Shown: piece by piece, positions 46,194 to 60,641 of the stretch
Position numbering within the stretch: position 1 is the stretch's first letter
Layout: the number at the start of each line of letters is the position of its first letter
Source of the DNA: Hormiphora californensis
Taxonomy: Eukaryota > Animalia > Ctenophora
Reading direction: 5' to 3'
Assembly: GCA_020137815.1 (NCBI GenBank)
Contig: CM035350.1
Span: 8,742,001-8,806,000 of the forward strand
DNA: 64,000 nt
Notes under the pieces: model-generated
What the model saw: the letters and a program-made list of their open reading frames with translations, nothing else
Databases searched by the model: none
Told to the model about the DNA's origin: nothing
Translations under genes and position numbers: made by a program

Positions 46194-46971
46194 TTATATT
46201 AATATGTAAGAAGGAGGCATGCTAAACACTGACTGTGTGAGACATAGGGATAGTGTCTGTTGCATATGAGAGGTTCGAATATCAGAAAGGAAAGTGTAAG
46301 GAGACTCACATACAAATTAACATAATGAGTAAAGGGAGAATAGAAAGCAAGGCAAATTATACGTGGCAAGAATATGTGGAAAAATCACGCACGATCACTG
46401 CATTCGCTCAGCGTATCTGCTGCTGCCCTCTCTCTCTCTCTCTCTCTCTCGCTATCATTTCTTTTACGGTTTATTGGGTTACAAAGTAGGGAGCATGGGG
46501 CATGAAGCATATAGGAAAAAAACCCCAGAAAGCGGAAGGAAAAAGGCAGCATGGACCTTTGCCACAAAAATCGAGGACATTCAAAACCTAGTCCCTAGAT
46601 GCGGTCCAGAGAAGCTTCCAAAGAGGTATCGATGGTTCGATGGTACGAAGGGGCTAGACTACCTGAAGTCTCTCCAAAGAAGACAAGAGCGTTATATTGT
46701 GCTTCATATGTGGAAGCTATAACACACAAGTCAGCAATGATCTCCAGATACAGTTTAAAGACAAAGGACGGATAGGGACCAAAGCTACCGTACCACCAAT
46801 GACCAAGACAGGAACAACCTAAAGTGACTATTAGGTTGCGAGGTCCTATTTGGTTGCAGGGCCAAGGCCCTATCTCTATTAGGTTACAAGGACCTATCTT
46901 TATGTTTGAGAAACAGGAACCTCACAAACACTAATAGGGTTGTAATATGTTACCTTTGATTCCGGGAATCT

Positions 46972-47024
<53 letters not shown>

Positions 47025-47420
47025 CAAACAGCTCTAGGGAATAGCAAACGGCTCACAATATTAGGATACAGAAAAGAAGCATAGTCGGGCAGTTACTTGA
47101 TCACATGGAATATGTTCATAGTAAGATTAGGTTATGTAAGATGCACATAATCACATGCAGGTATTAGAAAACAGTCGTATTTAGACACACGGTCACACAT
47201 GGATAATACTCTATTTTAGACGCACCGGGATCAAGATTCTCAAGACATAACATTCATTATAAGGAACCTGCGGTACAACAAGCATGAACGTAAGGAACTT
47301 GAGACCCCCTTTCTGTGAAATCACATACTGCTACTTTCTATATAACTACAAGCCGGTGCTCCCATGGGAGACGTAGAGAGACGATGAATGAAGGGAGACT
47401 GAGAGAGAGAAAGAGGGAGA

Positions 47421-47485
<65 letters not shown>

Positions 47486-48648
47486 CGGCGTACAGCTATA
47501 ATACGTAAGGTGGAATACTAATGCAATACAGATCGAATGATTGGAGCTCCAGTCGAGAGAACTATACCATCGTGTGGCACTGTAAATCAATTGGTGATTT
47601 CCAGATGATCATATAATATGGAAACTATTCCTACAGTTGCAACTCCACAGCGTCAGACGTCAGTATTACGTTAGTCACATAAGACCGGATAATTTGAGTT
47701 AAACGTGGGAAGATATGGCATTGACACTCTGATTTTAGAACAAGGGAATTTATTTTCAAACCAGCCGTCAATAATTTATTATCCTTATGTCAGCAGCAAA
47801 TCTCTTATCTCTACATATTAATATGAATATTATTATGTTGAATATGACTAGAAAATTGGTAAGAACCGTAAGCAGTAAGGACACAAAGGAGAGAGAACAG
47901 AGAGGCATATTCTACTGGAGAAGAGAGGAGGTCGGATTGTTTTCAGGGAACGAAGCAGGAACCGCAACAACCAGCCGGCCTACAAATCTCACTATCATGG
48001 CTCTCTGTGTGTCTCCCTCTCTGTGTGTCTCTGTGTCTCTCTCACTCTCCGTGTGTCTATCTCTGCATCTCTGAACTCTAGAAATCTTTCCCTCTCAGAT
48101 CCATCTCTCTGTCTGAACAAAGAGCTAATGATCCTCCCACGACGACCTCAAGTTGTGGATGACAGCAAACCCCACAGCAAACAAATTGCATATTGCTTAC
48201 ATCAAGTGACTGACCAGAGAAGCGATACATCTCCAGCACACAGTTAGTGGAACGATGAGACAGGGACCAGGGTTGAGCAAGGCAAAGTGAAACTAAAAAG
48301 CTACTCAAGTGATACTAAATAATAATTTCCATCTGGATCGAAACAATTGTCTGGTAAAACCACTTGTTTTCATTTGTTAATTTCTGCTTACCTCAAATCC
48401 ATCAGAAGGTGATGTGCTGCGAAGACTCATTCAGATCAGAGAGGAAAGAAAAAAACCACGGATAGATATATGTTGGCTGCGAAGACTCATTCAGATCAGA
48501 GAGGAAAGAAGAAGCACGGATAGATATATATATATATATGTTGGCTCTACATCCCTCCCCTCCCAACAACACACGCATCCGAGGAAAGTTCTGGAACCAC
48601 GCAGAATCGTGATGTATTCGATAGAATAGTGCTAGAAAGAGAGAGAGC

Positions 48649-48686
<38 letters not shown>

Positions 48687-49557
48687 CCCCCGAGCAACAG
48701 GATAATAAATTGGAAATTTGACAGAGAGAAGCAATGAGCGCGGCATGCTTAGTAATTAGCAGCCAGCCCAGGATGTGTCCCGTATGTTCAATGTTGGTCA
48801 TAAAATATATGCTCATATTTTATGCACATAAAATGAAGCATTAAGTATTCCTAAAGGGGTCTCATGTGATCTATTTATGTACGCATACTCTCTTTCTCTC
48901 TCTCTCTCTCTTGTGATATAGTTAGGACCTAACTGTTAGGTACTCATACTCTTTCTCTCCTAGGCCCTAGCTGTGAGATATATTTAGGGCACACTCCAGT
49001 GCGTTGATCCACCTGGTGACAGCTTGGGTCTTGAGACAGAAGTTACAGCTGACCTCTTATCCTCCTTCTAATCTAATACATTTCCGTCCTCACTTTTAAC
49101 TTTTCCACGATCTTTATTCTACTGGCATCACTTCACTCTAGTATGCTCGATAAGTCCCTAGCCCCCGGCCCCCTAACCTCTATCCGAAAGTCAGCGAGAG
49201 CCGAGAAAAACCTCGATTTCAATAAAATTCGTCCAGAGTTTATGTCACGGAACAGCTGTCACAATACAAGACTGTTCTCTTCAGTATCGGCCGTGTGGGT
49301 GTAACAAAAACCATAAGCAAAAAAAAGCAAAAACATCAGTAAAAAACCATACATCAGTAAAATCTAGTGAAGAAGTATCCCAAAACACTATAGCCACTCA
49401 ACACACATCTCGTCAAAAGCGAATTACTACAGGATGTCAGCGAATGTCAGCGGTGACAGCGCATATAATATGGAATTCCAATTGACAGTGCGTTTATAAT
49501 GTAGAATTGACAAGATAGTTGGACAGGACAGGAAATAGTTGAGGAACATGTGTGAGA

Positions 49558-49645
<88 letters not shown>

Positions 49646-50633
49646 ACATTCCAGAACTTCTTCGCTACTCAAAATTCAACATTTCCTGCTCATCTCATCA
49701 TCAGTGAGACCGAATTCCACAGAAACTCATTCGACATGTTCATTCTGCCGGGGCGAGGTCGGATGAATGTCTTCTCAAGACTCAAAGGAGCATCATGAAG
49801 TTATTCAAATCTGCTCAGATGACAGCTATCACTAGACCAATCACGGAGGGACAATGCCTACTAGTGGGAGACACTAGCGTGGTATGCGCAAAAAAATGCG
49901 CGCCACACCAATTTCGTTTTTCAAAAAACACGCAAGAAAAAGTTTTTCAACATCGACTTTTCACGTTTTGGCTCATAACTCCTGTTCCTGATAAGATAAA
50001 GACTTCAAACCTTCACCATTCGACGGGGCTTGAAATTCCCTTTCCAACGGTATGCAAACGGTTTCTGTAGCTTATCAGGAACCGGAGATATGATCACTTA
50101 TGATAATAACCGCGTAAGTTTCCTTCGGTATTATCATGGAAACAGGGTCGAGCAAGGCAACTCCAGTCAACATGCTCTGAAAGTGATATATGGTTATTCG
50201 GGGTGAACCCTGAACAAGACTTGAAAAAGTTCTGAATACCCTTCATAATCACCTCCTGCTGCAGCAGCGGCTCATTAGTGCTACCAATAGACACAACTTG
50301 ATGTTCATGACTCATACCTTGGTTACCATGGCAACCATTTGGTTTCCATATCGTATTACATAATTCACCCCCCCCCCCTCCTGGCCCTGTGTGACACAAC
50401 GCATGCTCTCCTTCTTTCCTCCTTGGAGCTGTAATCCAGTTACTGGCATTGCTGCGCTACCTTTTCCCACAATTCCCCGGCGTTGTCATGGTGATTCCCC
50501 TCTTCACAAGCACATTCCCCCTGCTGAGTCCTCTTGTTATTGACCTCAGTTGTACTTAGTAGTAATGCGTGAATGTGTCATTGACTACAGGCATTACCTC
50601 AATAGTAGTGTGCTTTTAAACATCGGGGAGAGA

Positions 50634-50717
<84 letters not shown>

Positions 50718-51757
50718 AGCGACAATTCTCGTGATTGCAGACTAGTGGCGGTGCAAAGTGTTTTAACCAATCACATGCTTCGATTTGTATCACGTGCACA
50801 GCTCCGGGACGTTCTTCAGCATCACTTTCTACAATTGGGCAGCACTCGTCTCTTTCTCTCTCTTTCTCTGATCTCCGTCTCTCTATCTCATTTTCTCTCT
50901 TAGTGGGAAGTCGTCGACGTGCATCACTTTTTCTTTGATCGGTCAAAGTGGGCACGCTTACAATTGCAAAACACACTTGATATCCCGCTTATTCCAACTA
51001 TCCATTACATAGTGACATCTGATCTGCTTTGCGTTTGACACTCGTGGACGTGCGAAGCTTTTCTTTGATTAGTACAAAACCGCGGCAGATATGACAGTGA
51101 CAACTCAGTTTAACCGGCTGCGAGGGCCGAGCGTCAATATAACTTTACCAAACAGTAAAACTAACCACTCAACTATAATATTGATTATTGTAGACACGAT
51201 GGCAGATGTGTTTGCTAGGTCAAGTTATAACCACTACGATAGACTACACGATCGAGCTGGGAAACCTCATATAAATGGACATGTTCCCGGGTAAGTGGTA
51301 TAGTGTGTGCTACAAAGTTAGAGGGGGAGAGAGAGGGCTATTACAATTTCCAGAAGGACTGAGGACATGCTACTAAGTACTCAGTGCAACCATTCAAACA
51401 CATGCACCAGAATACGTGAATATTATTCATGTGCACAAGCTGAACACATGTCCCGGTATAGATACGTATCTAATTGGCAATACTTGGTGAGGTTATAATA
51501 CACGTGTACTTGAGTCGGAGACATTGTTACATGTGTCCTACACAGGCTCCGAACCTATTGCGTCTAAACCTGTAGCACAAATCAAATATGTTAGGAACAC
51601 TGCCTTCTAGAAATGCTAGAAAATATTTCAAATTCACATCATAATGTCACACTGCACGTGTTACGGATGTAACTTACACGTTCGGGACGCGAGAAAATAT
51701 TAATGCTTGGTGTTACAGTGGGGGCTAAATTGCAGGAGGAAATGGGGCGCATAGTGA

Positions 51758-51813
<56 letters not shown>

Positions 51814-51827
51814 AGAGAGAGAGGGGG

Positions 51828-51877
<50 letters not shown>

Positions 51878-52423
51878 ATATACTGCTGGCAGCCTGGATA
51901 AACATAGGTTTGATGAAGGTGGGCAAATCAGAGAAGAGTGTTTTAATAAGCCACTCATTCAACTCAATTCATTGGACAACATCTCCCATTCTAACTTTCA
52001 AGTTGTAATAACAAGTAAAGCAGTACTACACCCTCTCCTTGGGGAGGTTCAAACAATAGTCAGGGCTATATTGTACGGAGTAACAGTACGGAAGTTGCTT
52101 ACAAACATCCCCCACTAACAGAGGTTCATAGATCCAGCATGTTATAGGACATGGTGTTACTGGTTCACTGTTCAGTAACAGAAGTAAAGAGGGAACAACC
52201 AATAGCAGAGAGGGCACGTTCAGAACAGGAGGGATAGACAATATTGTAGCACATGAATATACAGTAGAACATGTCTGCATCTAGGTGTGTTGAACAACAC
52301 AAACATAGTTGAAGAAGCTCACATACACAACAATCACGTACACAGCAACCACAGAAGAGCAAACATACACAAACAAAGAAGTGAACATTAATATACACTA
52401 TATTAGACGGAGAAATTGTAATA

Positions 52424-53553
52424 TTTAGGTGCCGGCAGGCACCTCCGACCCGAAGAAAACAGCAAAAAACGAAAAAAAGAAAAAAAAATTTTTGCCCTTG
52501 CACAAAAACCCAAAAATGCCGGCCCTATTAAGAACAAAGAAAGGTCTTTTTTTTGGGGGGGGGGGGGGGGGCAAAAAACATGTCAACGATTGTGGCCACA
52601 CCGTTTGAGATATCGACTTGAAATTTTGTAGGCATGTTCTTGTAGTATTCCTTTGTGTCATGACGTTGGCGGATTTTTGAATTTTTAATTAATTAATTAA
52701 TTATAGGTAATTAAAAACGGTGCAAGGGCACCGTGCCCCTGCACATTGCGTGTTATGTCCCTTGCACCGCGCCCTTGCACCAAATTCTATTTTCCGTTCT
52801 GCTTAAAATATCGACTTGAAACTTTGTAGGAATGTTCTTCAATCATAAAAGATGATGTTCGAAAAGTGGGAATAGTCAAAATTAATTAATTAGTTAGTTA
52901 GAGCCGTGCAAAAAATGGAATTTGGTGCAAGGGCAGGCAATGTGCAAGGGCAAATGGTGCAAGGGCAGCCCTTGCACCAATTTTATGATCGAACTGTGTC
53001 CACACCGTTTAATATTTTGACACGAAACTTTCTATGCATGTTCTAGTAGCATAACTACGAGTACTAGAAGAGCCGTATGATTAATATATCAATTAGGTAA
53101 TTAATTATAGGCAAATTAATTAAAATTTGCCCCTGCACAATTTGTGCAAATTTCCCCTGAACATGTGCCCTTGCACCATTTTGTTTGCCCATGCACTAAA
53201 TTATATTTTCCGTTCTGCTTAAAATATCGACTTGAAACTTTCTAGGAATGTTCTTCATGCATAAAACATATAATATAATCTACAGAAAGTGGGAATAGTC
53301 AAAATTAATTAATCAATTACTTAGAGATTAATTTTGGGGTGGCCCCTGCACAATTTTGGCAAATTTGATATTCAAACTTTGAGCCTTTGTGAAAGTAATG
53401 AAAATTATTTATTTCAGGTTATGATGAACAATAAGCTATAAAAACGCCCCTTTTTGTTACACAAGCCTGTGCTTGGTATCGAAGACACCTCACACTCTGT
53501 CGCCGGGCGACCTTCGCGTGCACACGCTGGCAAGGGGTAACTTCGTAACCAAA
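52424..53553. mobile_element. Non-autonomous repeat element with terminal hairpins and repeated TGCAAGGGCA motifs (class uncertain)
   Basis: Hairpin AGGTGCC-GGCA-GGCACCT at the left end, internal duplicated blocks, and a right end shared with the 2479-2553 repeat. Confidence 0.5.
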
Positions 53554-56423
53554 GCCTGTGCATTGTGCATAATGAAATGGATAAATTTTCATCCAGTTGC
53601 TGGCGATAGAACTCGATAGAGTTCGATTGATTTACCATGACAACGGAGTTGGTTACCATACTAACCAGAGAATTCGTTGTAAAATAGTCCTTTCTTGCTA
53701 TAAACTCGGCCTTTAGATAGAAAATTGATTTTATTCTACTCGCACTAATGCAAGGGCATTTCACAGTTTGGTGCCGTTATTTTTGTCTCTATTTTTAATA
53801 GGATTTTGGGATTAGACTGAAAGTATGGGATCATTTGAGAAGTAGTGAAGATTTGAAAATGTTAGCAACTTGCCGGTTCGACAAACTAAACCCATATGAT
53901 TCCAACTTCGGGTCGGACGAGGGGAAGCTTGCCTTTTGCGAACATATAGTAATACTATACTAATAGTCGTAATAACAAGCAAGGTGGGCATGTAATATAG
54001 AGAGATGTTCTCCTCCTCTCTCTCACTCTTCCTTCCCCTCTCTCCCTGCCTGGCAATGTACACTAGTTATGCGACAAATTATCCACGAGTCAGCTCCTTC
54101 ATAGTCATAGGTCCTATTATACACTACTGCAAATGAACAAATGAGATCTGGAGAGAGAGGGATAAACATTCTTTACAATTACATAACGAGGAAACAAAAA
54201 GAAAAACTTATCTGACAAAAGGCAATGAAAAGAGTTATGCCATCCAAATGACAGAGTTCAGTGAATTTTGAAGATAATAGAAGAAGATATATGCGGAGAA
54301 AATATGTGGAGCCTGTCTCAACAACGATAGTGCGCTCAGATGGGGTATGCGGCGCCAGACAGTGTGGAGCGGAGGATATGGGGAGAGGAAGATATGTTGC
54401 GTGGAGATAACAATCGGATCTTGTGGTTTGTGACTGGTAGTATTTACAGCTGTTATCATGGTCTGTGGGATATACTGGGGAACATGTGGGATTTGAGGGA
54501 CATGTGTAATCTAGGCAAGAAAGAGGGGGAGGAAAAGGGAGATATGGATAGGAGAGAGTCCGAACAGATGTTAAAACCCAAAATGTAACAGCTGGAGATC
54601 TAGGAGAGAGAGATCCTACTCTCTCACATAAAAAGCTTGCATATTTGTCAAGCAAATCATGCCTCTATGATACCTAAGCAGTCTCTGTCTTCCTCTCTTT
54701 CTCTCTCACTCTCTCTCTCTTTCTCTCTCTCTCTTCCTCTCTCTAAATGTCTCTCCCATATCACTAAACCCACGTCTGACAGTACATGCTCATTATACTA
54801 TTCTCCGATACAGGTACACTGGATATTGTCCTGGTAAGCGCTACCAGGAGGGCCTAACTTTTGGAGCAGCAACCGAGAAAATCAACTCAGTAAGTCCCGC
54901 ACATAAACAAACATAGCGAGCCCAATTCTTGGAAATGGAAAACTGTGTAATTAACATCTGACAGCTCGCTTACTCCTCGCACAACTCACTAGCCTGATTC
55001 GCAGCAAACCTGCTACTGCACACGTGTTAATGAAACCGACACACACGACCCTCCATGTCGAAAAAGAAAAAGACTCGCCCGCCTTTATTTTCTCTTTGTC
55101 CTTTCACGTTATGAAAATTATAACTTTAATTATATGCTCATAAACACTGTGGCTAGTTTTCAAATTCCACTGGCACATAAATTTGTGAAATTTACAACGC
55201 AAATTAGATGTGCAAATCAGTGAAAGAAACTCTTTTGTTATTTTCATCTTCTTACATTCTAACTCTTTTCAGAAAATCAGGGAGGATCTAGAAGCTACGT
55301 TTGTAGAACCCCGGGGTCCCCGATGTACTGAGGTCCAACGGTACAGCGTGTGCCATAGCCTACCCATGACAAGTATAACAAGACATAATTAGGCGTGATT
55401 ATGTATGCCTCTCCTTCACTATCTCTATCTCTCCTTCCCCAGTTTACAGAGAGAGACCGCAGTCAGCAGCAGTGTTCAAGAATGGTCGGGAGATGGACAG
55501 GCTTCTAGAATCTCTGACGTGGTACAGTGAAAGTGCCAAGGCCAGGGCGAGACTGGGAACAAACACAGGGATTAAACACCGATACAAACATAGAACATAC
55601 CGGTCAACCTCTAACAACTCAGGTAGGACTTAATACACCAACAACGTATGAACAACAACGCCTGTCTGACCGCGGTTAAATGCTCTGACAGGGTAGGACT
55701 TGTGTGTGTGGTGGGAAGCAATACCATAATGACCGGGCTGGGTGAGTATGAACTGGAATTGGTAGTAGTAGGTAGTGGGGGTATAGGTTGTGGGGTCATT
55801 CAATATAACCCTCCAGTAACAGTAACTCACCTCCATTCCTCAGTAGAAAAGGAGAGTACCACGACATCATCCTGTGACCTGCCTGTCAGTACAGGAACAC
55901 AATCAGAGTTCAGCTCTGTCCGCCGTATCAGCGCCCCAGCCCAACGTACAAGAAGGGCAGTTCCCCCTAAATCTGCTGCCGCCATGATGGCTAGAAAACA
56001 TGTTAGGTTGGTGTGAGATTGAGGGAGGGACACTGGGATGTGTTTATTGAGAGAGAGGGCCGGGGGAGCAATTGGAAACAATTCGTTATTCGAAGTGGGT
56101 TCTGCTTTAGTGGGATATAATATTTTAGACAAGAGAGATATGTGATATGAGATATTTTGAACGTATTTAAATTCCCAATACAATAACAACAGTTTAAATA
56201 TGCAGAAAAACAACAACAACAACAAAACATTAAACCGATATGTCTCACATTTGTACACAGGGGATTGTACGTGCGTCAGTACGAATGACACCCTTCAACT
56301 TTCATTACAACCAGCACGCCGCGCGCTCCGTTTATGTAGCATTATAGTCTCCAAAACACCGTACGGCATCTCACAGGCCCTACCACCCCGATCACGCTTT
56401 ATAGTAGAAGTGTCACTACCGGG

Positions 56424-59026
56424 TCACATCACGTAGACCTTCTTGCACTGATCCAGCCAGAATACTTCCTCGGTTCGGGGGCATACAATAACACCTTCTG
56501 TCTCCATCATCTCAGTTAATGCTCTCTCCCCATAAACATGCCCATTTGGCAGCATTAGGGGGTGGTTGTGTTCGTTCATAACCTGACAGGGGGATGATAT
56601 TTGTTAAATTGGGGGGGGTGTCAGTTAGAGCTGTTTGGGTGTGTGTGATTAACTACATGGTGTTTGTATTGAGACACACACAAACAGAGGGACGGTATGC
56701 TATTTTTAGTACACTTCAGGTTAATGAAAAACAAAAGAGCAACTTGGAAACATGCCAGAAACTCTTGTCAGCGGTAAAGGTGGTACATGCGGTGGTACTC
56801 GTGTGACAGTGGCAAACACAGTTGTCACACTGATATATTCATTAGAACACACATACAGAATAGGTAATTGGTGAAATGTGAAAGACACGGAATGTAAAAC
56901 TCGTTATTGAAAAACATTATTGCCACATAAACTACTTACATCTCCGGAGATACGGCAGATCAGACGACTCTGGGTGCAGTGAGAGAAGGGAAGAGGGGCA
57001 GCTAGGGCATTTAGTGGTTCATTACATACCGGGCAGTCACCAGATCTTTCCGAACTGAGAGGAAGAAGAGGGTATAAATCTGTTTTATGTGTATTATTTC
57101 GGTTGTTATATTCTGTTTCTACTGAATTTTAATACATACTACTAAAGTCGGATTTTTTGAAACTGTCACCCCCCTTTTCGTGCGCGGAATGTTTTTGCGC
57201 GTCACGTGTGGTGTGCGTGTCAAAATTGATAAATTTCACGTGCGCGGTCATTTTGGGGTGACAGTTTCAAAAAATCCGACTTTAAACACCCCCCCCCCCT
57301 TAGTACCTATAACACTGGTGAGTTTTGATGACAGATAGGCCGCTCTGAAGCACAGTAGACAGAAGACTCTCTGTGTGTAGATGGTGTAGCTCGTAGTTAG
57401 TTCTTCTGAACTCAACCACCAGCTCCTCCCAACGGTCCTCCGAGAAATACCTCTTGTACTTTTCACACTGAGAGAAAGAGAGGTGTGAGGGGAAGATACA
57501 ATCTGAGAAAAGGGGTTCAATTCAACTGACTTTCATCACAGTAACTGGCATGTGGATTAGACCATTTGTAATAGAGTAATAGAGTAATAGAGTAATTGGT
57601 ATTACCTCTGTAGTTGGTTTGAACGCCAGGAGGGCCATTGTCTCCTGAAGTTTCAGGGGTGCCTCACCTCCATCAACTAGATACCTCTGAGCATACTGAA
57701 TAGCCCCCTTGTAGTCCCCAGACCTTATCTTCTCTATAAAGTTCTGTGTGTGCAATTTGAACTCTAGATTTACCTGGGAAGGAAGTGGGAGATAAAGAGG
57801 GGGGTTGGAGATAGCGCTATAAATAGCAGTATGTGATAAGTAGTAGCACATACACAGTGAAACTGCTGCTGCAGCAGGTTTTTAACTCATGCAGTAGTTC
57901 AGTGTGAAGCTGATTGTGTAACTATAATTCTAGATCAACTGCTGCAGTAGAGAGGATGTCTAGGAACATTTTCACAAGCTCTTCTTGTCTAGGAAACACG
58001 CCCAGTTAAAATATGTGCGGGTTGAATTCCCTGCAGCATTGTGGCTTGTGCATTACATTATCAAATGTTAAAAGTTGCTATGTTCTAACCCTCCCTTTAC
58101 ACAGTCTAGCCAGGCAAGTTAAAAGATGTACCTTCGATTTCTTGAGCCTGGATCTGTTTTCATAGCACCATTGTAGACAGGGAGTTGTGTTGTGGGCTGC
58201 TAGACTCTGTTCTATCTCCCTCCCCGCTAGAAAGGGCTCAGTATCTACCTGGGTCTGAGATGGGAAGATATATCAATTCCAAATATCCAGTGATATCAAT
58301 ACAACAGATTGAGACCAACAATAATTGGAATATAGTTCAATTCAATGACCAATGTGTGGCACACTGTATAATGTGTTTACTAAAAACAATACCCACTTCA
58401 ATCCCAGTTGCTTTGACAAGTTGGACTGCTGTCTCGTAGTTACTGTTCCGTAGGAAATAATCAACCAAAATCCGGTTTAGCCGCTTCTTCTTCCACAACG
58501 ATTCAACTTTAGCCTGGTAACAAAACCAACAATTTATCGGCTGATTGTTACATCAGTAGTGTGACTGTGAGTTATATGAGAGAGTGTTGAACTGTTGTTC
58601 AGTTTGTACAAAGTGCTCAACTCACATCAGACTCGTCAATGTATTCCTGCAGGTAATCCAGTCTCTCACTACACTTATTAGCGTACCCTCCCTCTTTAGA
58701 CAGACAATCCAAATACTGAGAGAGAGATGAAGTTAAATTGGAAACTGGCCAATTTTGGCGAACAATTAATGGAAGTAATGAATAATTCTTACCCTCTTTT
58801 TGAATGATCCCAGTTTTTCCCTTAAACTCTTGATGGCCTGTTCCTCTAATTCTGGGCTGGGCAAGCGTTCAATGTTTGATATCAGCATATTCAGTTGACT
58901 GATCTCCCTATCAATAATCTTCTGGGCGTGTCTGAACTTTTTATTCAAAACATCGTACGGGACCCGGACTGTTGAGTACTCAATAGCTGATACCTCACTG
59001 CTCTTGTTCCTCGCGGACGAGGTCAT
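56424..59026 (-). CDS. MAEA: MAEA/GID9 subunit of the CTLH (GID) E3 ligase, 8 exons
   Basis: [27 protein letters not shown], LisH ([16 protein letters not shown]), CTLH ([16 protein letters not shown]), and RING-like [49 protein letters not shown]. Confidence 0.95.
57143..57284. mobile_element. MITE in a MAEA intron
   Basis: TAAAGTCGGATTTTTTGAAACTGTCACCCC...GGGGTGACAGTTTCAAAAAATCCGACTTTA. Confidence 0.8.
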
Positions 59027-59287
59027 TGCGATGATTTCTAGGGACGGAAAGACAGAGGGGAATGAGTTAAAAGTTAGTGGGAATGTGGAGGGATGGAATA
59101 GAGAGGGGCAGAAAGAGGAATTGGGTTGGATAAATGAAGAAAACGAGGTTCATATTGTTGAACAATTATTGAACATTAGAAAATTAAACGATTAAGATAA
59201 TAAGCGTGCTGTAATAAAGATATATACCGTGTCAGTTCAGTTCTACTGAGCAAAACAATTTAACACATAGCGGGGGAGATAAATAAG

Positions 59288-60436
59288 TTAAGATGGGCTG
59301 AAGAATCGGAGGGAGGGGTTAACTTTTCGGAGCCTCTGCTGTCCTTGTTGTACATTCTTCCTCTCTCTGTCCGTCATCTTGCCACGACGATCAAACTCCT
59401 GAGCGCTGGGCCTCTTGAAGACAATGGTACACACTTTGGTCTGTCTAACGGGTTCTGCACCGAACTCCTTCTTGTAATGAGAGAGGTACTCCTTCTTCTC
59501 GTATCGGGGGAGATCATACGAGATCTCGGACATAAAGTAAATCCTGCGGAGTCCACACCAGTAGCTCAGATCGTTGATAAGATCTATTCCCTTACTACGG
59601 ACATGATCAATGAACACGACCAGAGCCCCCGGTTTAATACACTCTAGAACGGATTGGAGGGCGCTGGCAATGTCGTCTGTCTCAGGTAGTGACGTCATTA
59701 CGAAGGGTAGGAGGACAAGGTCGGCCTGGGCCATGGCCTGGGAGTCAGGAGAGTAGGGCTGGAGGAACTGAGCCCTGTTCTTCATATCTGCTTTGTAATA
59801 CTTGATACCACCGTCCAGTTTCTTCCATAGGCTCAGTAGATATTGCTCGTGTTGAGTTGCCTTACCCTCCTGATCACTAACATTCATTGCCTTGTAGAAA
59901 CTGTTCATGGTGCGTTCCCAGGCGCCACATTTCTCTGCAATGCTAGCTGTCACCTTGGTACGGAGGCCGTGGCGATGAAGGAACATTAGCACACCCAGGA
60001 TATCATCCCCTGGGCCCCCAGCCAGACTGAAGACGCTACAGCGGCCCCAGCTAACAGCAGACATGAACTCATTGAAGACAGTAGTACCGGAGGGGAGGTG
60101 GGTACAGGCCGAGTAGGCATCGGATAGCACTCCGTTTACGATATACGCGTTTTTGGCAAAGTGAAGGTAAGTGTGGGCCAGCCGGTTAGCATGATCCTCA
60201 AATGAGCACTTGACACCCACTGGAGCTACCGCTTTATTTGAGAGACGCTTCTTACAGGATTCCTGGCATCGCTTTTCAAGAGAGTCCTCATCCGAGCCTT
60301 CCTTGTTTTTACGGACCTTATCATCCAGACACAGCTTGTCTAGAACTTCCTTAACCAGCCAGTTGATGGAGGGACGCTCTGGTTCCGATTTAGTAGGTAC
60401 ACTCGCCTCGTCTACATCCGCTGTCGAAGCAGCCAT
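59288..60436 (-). CDS. Intronless 382-aa class I SAM-dependent methyltransferase-like protein
   Basis: Long ORF with motif I-like VFSLAGGPGDD, then ADLVLLPFV and IKPGALVVFID. Substrate cannot be assigned. Confidence 0.75.
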   Translation of the reverse strand: MAASTADVDEASVPTKSEPERPSINWLVKEVLDKLCLDDKVRKNKEGSDEDSLEKRCQESCKKRLSNKAVAPVGVKCSFEDHANRLAHTYLHFAKNAYIVNGVLSDAYSACTHLPSGTTVFNEFMSAVSWGRCSVFSLAGGPGDDILGVLMFLHRHGLRTKVTASIAEKCGAWERTMNSFYKAMNVSDQEGKATQHEQYLLSLWKKLDGGIKYYKADMKNRAQFLQPYSPDSQAMAQADLVLLPFVMTSLPETDDIASALQSVLECIKPGALVVFIDHVRSKGIDLINDLSYWCGLRRIYFMSEISYDLPRYEKKEYLSHYKKEFGAEPVRQTKVCTIVFKRPSAQEFDRRGKMTDRERKNVQQGQQRLRKVNPSLRFFSPS

Positions 60437-60641
60437 AAGTTGTATACCTGGAGAGGAAGAATAGAAAGATTAGAAGGACGCACTCAGAGAATGAGACTGG
60501 TTTACTGAGAAAAAGGAAATCAAGTTTTTTATACAAACTTAGATAACTATCAGATAAGTTAGGAAAAATCACATGAGGGCCCTCAAAAAACTGAGCAATA
60601 ATCTTAGTATATTTCTTTAGCATAAAAACTCAAAACAATAA

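Noticed and set aside
46363-46760. 119-aa ORF near a CFICGS zinc-knuckle-like fragment
   Set aside because: At best a decayed gag-like remnant. The CCHC motif is incomplete and in another frame.
54179-54655. 158-aa minus-strand ORF
   Set aside because: No recognisable domain and it spans a polypyrimidine tract. Probably non-coding or a UTR exon.
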